The notes under the pieces: model-generated | Seen by the model: only the letters and a program-made list of their open reading frames with translations | The model's database searches: none | What the model was told of the DNA's origin: nothing | In this document: positions 15,343-18,203 of the stretch, piece by piece | Position numbering within the stretch: position 1 is the first letter of the stretch | Layout of the letters: every line of letters begins with the position of its first letter | Assembly (NCBI GenBank): GCA_964247135.1 | Contig: CAXTTL010000083.1 | Location: 1 to 18,203, forward strand | Direction: 5' to 3' | Source: an uncultured Deinococcales bacterium | GTDB taxonomy: Bacteria; Deinococcota; Deinococci; Deinococcales; JAAFIG01 | DNA length: 18,203 nt | Position numbers and translations under genes: made by a program

Positions 15343-17750
15343 ATATCAGCCCTCGTTGGAAGAAATTATTAGGCGATGTCAACGCCACCCAAGGGCGCAC
15401 GCTGATGATGATTTTGGCAATCGCGGTTGGCGTGTTCGGCGTTGGCACGATTTTGAACGCCTACGCGATTTTGACCCGCGAGATCAAACAAAATTACATC
15501 AGCACCAACCCCGCATCGGCATTGCTCGAGTTGGACAAGGTTGATGATGCGCTGGTGCACGCGGTTCGTTTGCGCCCAGAGATTGCGGACGCCGAAGCCA
15601 GTTCGACCATCACAGCAAGGCTCGAGTTTAAACCAAACGAATGGATGCCGTTGTTGCTGTTTGTGATTAAAGATTTTAAGACCATGCGAATCAATACCTT
15701 TACACCCGAGGCGGGCGCGTTCCCACCACCCACGGGTTCGATGCTGCTCGAGCGTGAGGCACTGCGATTGGTGAAGACCAAAATTGGGACTTCATTGCGG
15801 GTGGAAACCCCGAACGGTGCAAAAACGGGGTTGCTGATTTCTGGTACAGTCCACGACCCTGGTTTAGCTCCAGCAGGACAGGAGCAAACCGCATACGGCT
15901 ACATCACCCCAGCCACGCTCGAGCAACTGAATGAGGCGAAAACCTTGCACCTGCTGAAAATCATTGTCAAAAACCAGCCGCTCGAGTCTCGAGCCGTAGA
16001 TAACACGGTGGCGGGTCTTGCGGTTTGGTTGAAAGCGCAAGGGCGGGTGGTCGATGAAATTCGCATTCCGCCCCCCGCCAAGCATCCGCATCAAACGCAA
16101 ATGACCGCGATCCTAACCATGCTGCTAATTTTTAGCCTGATGGCGCTCGTCTTAAGCGCGATTTTAACCGCCACCATGATTGGTTCAATGCTGGCGCAAC
16201 AAGTGCGGCAAATTGGCGTGATGAAAGCCATTGGCGCACGATCAATCCAGATTGCCAGTTTGTACCTCACTTTAATTGCCGTCATGGGTTTGATTGCCGT
16301 GGGTGTCGGCGTGCCGCTTGGCATTCTGGCTGGACGTGGTTTCTCGAGCGTGATTGCCGAACTGCTGAATTTTAAGATTAACAGCAGCGCCATTCCAGTT
16401 TGGATTTACGTCTTGCAAATCTGCCTCGGCATTCTGGTACCGCTTGCCATTGCCGTCTTCCCAATTTTGAGTGCCACCCGCATCACCGTTCGGGAAGCCA
16501 TCAACGATTTCGGCTCGAGTCGCAACATGATTTCGCTGCCCTGGTTTGACCGATTGCTCGAGACACTGCGTTTTGACCGAACCTTGATCCTGTCGATTCG
16601 CAACACCTTCAGACGCAGAGGACGTCTGATTCTGACCTTGGGACTGCTGGCGGCGGCTGGAGGCATGTTCATGACCAGCCTGAACGTCAAGAACGCCTGG
16701 CAACAAGCCCTGACCGATGCCGCGTCTGACCGTCATTACGACCTCGAGATTCGCTTGAACCATCCGACTTCAGAAGATAAAGCCCTCAAAGCAATCTCGA
16801 GTGTCCAAGGCGTGAAAACCGTCGAAGCTTGGAGTACATCCCCCGCTGCCATCGCTCGAGCCGACGGTCTGGACATTGTGCGCACCTATCCCGACGGTGG
16901 TCATGCCAGTTTTAGCTTGCGCTCCGTGCCGCCTCAGACCAAATTCGTACAACTCGAGATGTTCGCTGGACGCTGGCTCGAGGCGAGCGACAGCAACTCG
17001 GTGGTACTCAACCACACCGCCAAAGCCTTCTTCCCAAGCGCCAAGATCGGCGACACCATCAACCTGAATGTCGAAGGTCGCGCCGTGGAGTACAAACTGA
17101 TCGGCGTCGCTCGAGAAATCCTGACGCCAGCCAGCGCTTACGTGACACCGAGCACGTTTGTCGATGCCACAGGGTTTTTGGGTCAAATTAACGCCGTGCG
17201 AATCGTCCTCGAGAATAAAAGTCTCGCCAGCATGAACAGTGTTGGGAAAGCCATCGAACGCAACCTCGAGCGTCAAGGCATCAGCATCAAAGTCAGCATC
17301 TCAGAAGGTCGTTTGGATGGCGCATTAAACGGTCACGTTTACATTCTGATTTTCGCCCTGATCGCCATGAGCATCCTGATGGCAACCGTCGGCATCCTCG
17401 GCTTGATGTCCACCATGAGCACCAGTGTCATTGAGCGCACTCGAGAATTTGGCATCATGCGAACCATCGGCGGGCAGTCCATGACCGTGCTGCGCAACAT
17501 CATCAGCGAAGGAATTTTTATTGGCATTTTAAGTTGGTTTATTGCCATTGTGCTTTCGCTACCGTTGTCGGCATTTGTTGGCAATTTAATAGGCACGCTC
17601 GCGTTTCGCCTGCCACTGCCATTGGTGCTTTCACCCAGCGCCATGCTGTTGTGGCTGGGCTTGATCGTTGTCGGTGCAATTGCCGCCAGCAGTTACCCCG
17701 CCTGGAAAGCATCACAACTGACCATCCGCGAAACCCTCGCCCACGTTTAA
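15339..17750 (+). CDS. ABC transporter permease, duplicated MacB/FtsX-type
   Basis: Two MacB_PCD plus FtsX halves (QQVRQIGVMKAIGA; ERTREFGIMRTIGG). ATGA overlap with the ATPase gene. Confidence 0.93.
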   Translation: MNISPRWKKLLGDVNATQGRTLMMILAIAVGVFGVGTILNAYAILTREIKQNYISTNPASALLELDKVDDALVHAVRLRPEIADAEASSTITARLEFKPNEWMPLLLFVIKDFKTMRINTFTPEAGAFPPPTGSMLLEREALRLVKTKIGTSLRVETPNGAKTGLLISGTVHDPGLAPAGQEQTAYGYITPATLEQLNEAKTLHLLKIIVKNQPLESRAVDNTVAGLAVWLKAQGRVVDEIRIPPPAKHPHQTQMTAILTMLLIFSLMALVLSAILTATMIGSMLAQQVRQIGVMKAIGARSIQIASLYLTLIAVMGLIAVGVGVPLGILAGRGFSSVIAELLNFKINSSAIPVWIYVLQICLGILVPLAIAVFPILSATRITVREAINDFGSSRNMISLPWFDRLLETLRFDRTLILSIRNTFRRRGRLILTLGLLAAAGGMFMTSLNVKNAWQQALTDAASDRHYDLEIRLNHPTSEDKALKAISSVQGVKTVEAWSTSPAAIARADGLDIVRTYPDGGHASFSLRSVPPQTKFVQLEMFAGRWLEASDSNSVVLNHTAKAFFPSAKIGDTINLNVEGRAVEYKLIGVAREILTPASAYVTPSTFVDATGFLGQINAVRIVLENKSLASMNSVGKAIERNLERQGISIKVSISEGRLDGALNGHVYILIFALIAMSILMATVGILGLMSTMSTSVIERTREFGIMRTIGGQSMTVLRNIISEGIFIGILSWFIAIVLSLPLSAFVGNLIGTLAFRLPLPLVLSPSAMLLWLGLIVVGAIAASSYPAWKASQLTIRETLAHV

Positions 17751-17775
17751 ATTTCTCGAGCTTGAAGGAGTTGTT

Positions 17776-17889
17776 ATGAATAAGAATGTTGTTCGGATTG
17801 TGGTTGTGGTCGTATCGGTTTTGGGTTTGGGATTGATCGCGCACCTGACCAATTTTGTGGGTTTGATTCGACAATTGCACGGCGGGTAA
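17776..17889 (+). CDS. Small 37-aa single-TM peptide (not in the ORF track)
   Basis: SD AAGGAG at 17765-17770. Translation MNKNVVRIVVVVVSVLGLGLIAHLTNFVGLIRQLHGG*. Lies between the permease stop and the operon terminator. Confidence 0.8.
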   Translation: MNKNVVRIVVVVVSVLGLGLIAHLTNFVGLIRQLHGG

Positions 17890-17912
17890 GGCGGTTTTGG
17901 TGGTTAAGATTG

Positions 17913-17943
17913 GTGCTCGAGTGACAAGCTCGAGCACTTTTTT
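17913..17943 (+). terminator. Intrinsic terminator of the ABC operon
   Basis: Stem GTGCTCGAG / CTCGAGCAC with loop TGACAAG, followed by TTTTTT. Confidence 0.85.
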
Positions 17944-17966
17944 GATTTTGTGAAACTCGAGAGAAC

Positions 17967-18084
17967 CTAAATCACATCAGCAAAGCCACGCAAGAATAAA
18001 GCCGTTCGTTTCAATCCTTGAATTTCAAAAACCTCGAGCATGGAAATCAGGCTTTTGACCGACGATTGCCTGGTACAGGGTCAT
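17967..18084 (-). pseudogene. Probable remnant of a PIN-domain toxin gene
   Basis: MTLYQAIV (ATG 18084) and MLEVFEIQGLKRTALFLRGFADVI* (18041-17967) are in different frames. They resemble the two ends of the PIN protein normally found after excisionase-like HTH genes; resemblance judged by eye. Confidence 0.4.
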
Positions 18085-18202
18085 CCTTGCCGTAACCCAT
18101 CCGCAATTCTTGGGCTTGTTCAACCAATTCGCGCAAAGCCTCCTCTCGAGCGCGATCCAGTTTCAGTTTAAAACCAAGCACATCCTCGAGCGCAATCCGA
18201 CG
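18047..18202 (-). CDS. Excisionase-family (HTH_17) DNA-binding protein, C-terminal part; runs off the window
   Basis: Own translation: RRIALEDVLGFKLKLDRAREEALRELVEQAQELRMGY(GKDDPVPGNRRSKA*), matching the typical C-terminus of this family. Confidence 0.75.
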   Translation of the reverse strand, partial: RRIALEDVLGFKLKLDRAREEALRELVEQAQELRMGYGKDDPVPGNRRSKA

Positions 18203-18203
18203 G

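Noticed and set aside
17881-17889. C-terminal Gly-Gly of the small peptide as a bacteriocin leader or ubiquitin-like/ThiS terminus
   Set aside because: No core peptide follows the GG, the peptide is too short for a beta-grasp fold, and no C39 peptidase or E1-like gene is nearby.
28-18190. CTCGAG repeats as a CRISPR array, tandem repeat or cloning artefact
   Set aside because: Spacing is irregular, flanks are not conserved, and the sites sit in frame within intact conserved genes such as udk, mutM and hisA.

Overview
Bacterial chromosomal window, most likely from a Deinococcales (Deinococcus-Thermus) genome, inferred from the protein types and many leaderless promoters (TAnnnT 6-7 nt before the start codon). 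Left to right it carries: the 3' part of a peptidase E gene; an operon of two cytoplasmic HtrA-like PDZ proteases plus an atypical NarL/LuxR regulator; an alpha/beta hydrolase; udk; a LapA-like protein; mutM; a DUF5666-like lipoprotein; hisA; a small membrane protein; a PadR plus HAAS/permease-prefix pair; a lipoprotein; a choline/ethanolamine kinase; xisI and a frameshifted xisH; an AT-rich membrane-protein gene; a winged-HTH regulator; a MacB/FtsX-type ABC transporter followed by an unannotated 37-aa membrane peptide; and the end of an excisionase-like HTH gene with a probable PIN-toxin remnant. The dominant unexplained signal is the palindrome CTCGAG. I counted about 145 copies by hand (about 8 per kb, about 30-fold above chance), in all reading frames, between genes and in both clear terminator stems, which resembles cyanobacterial HIP1. 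Two consecutive AT-rich inserts (xisHI and the 505-aa membrane-protein gene) are each flanked by imperfect direct repeats that end at or next to CTCGAG sites, suggesting palindrome-associated gene acquisition. Two GTAG-type REP hairpins are also present, one in frame inside a predicted CDS.
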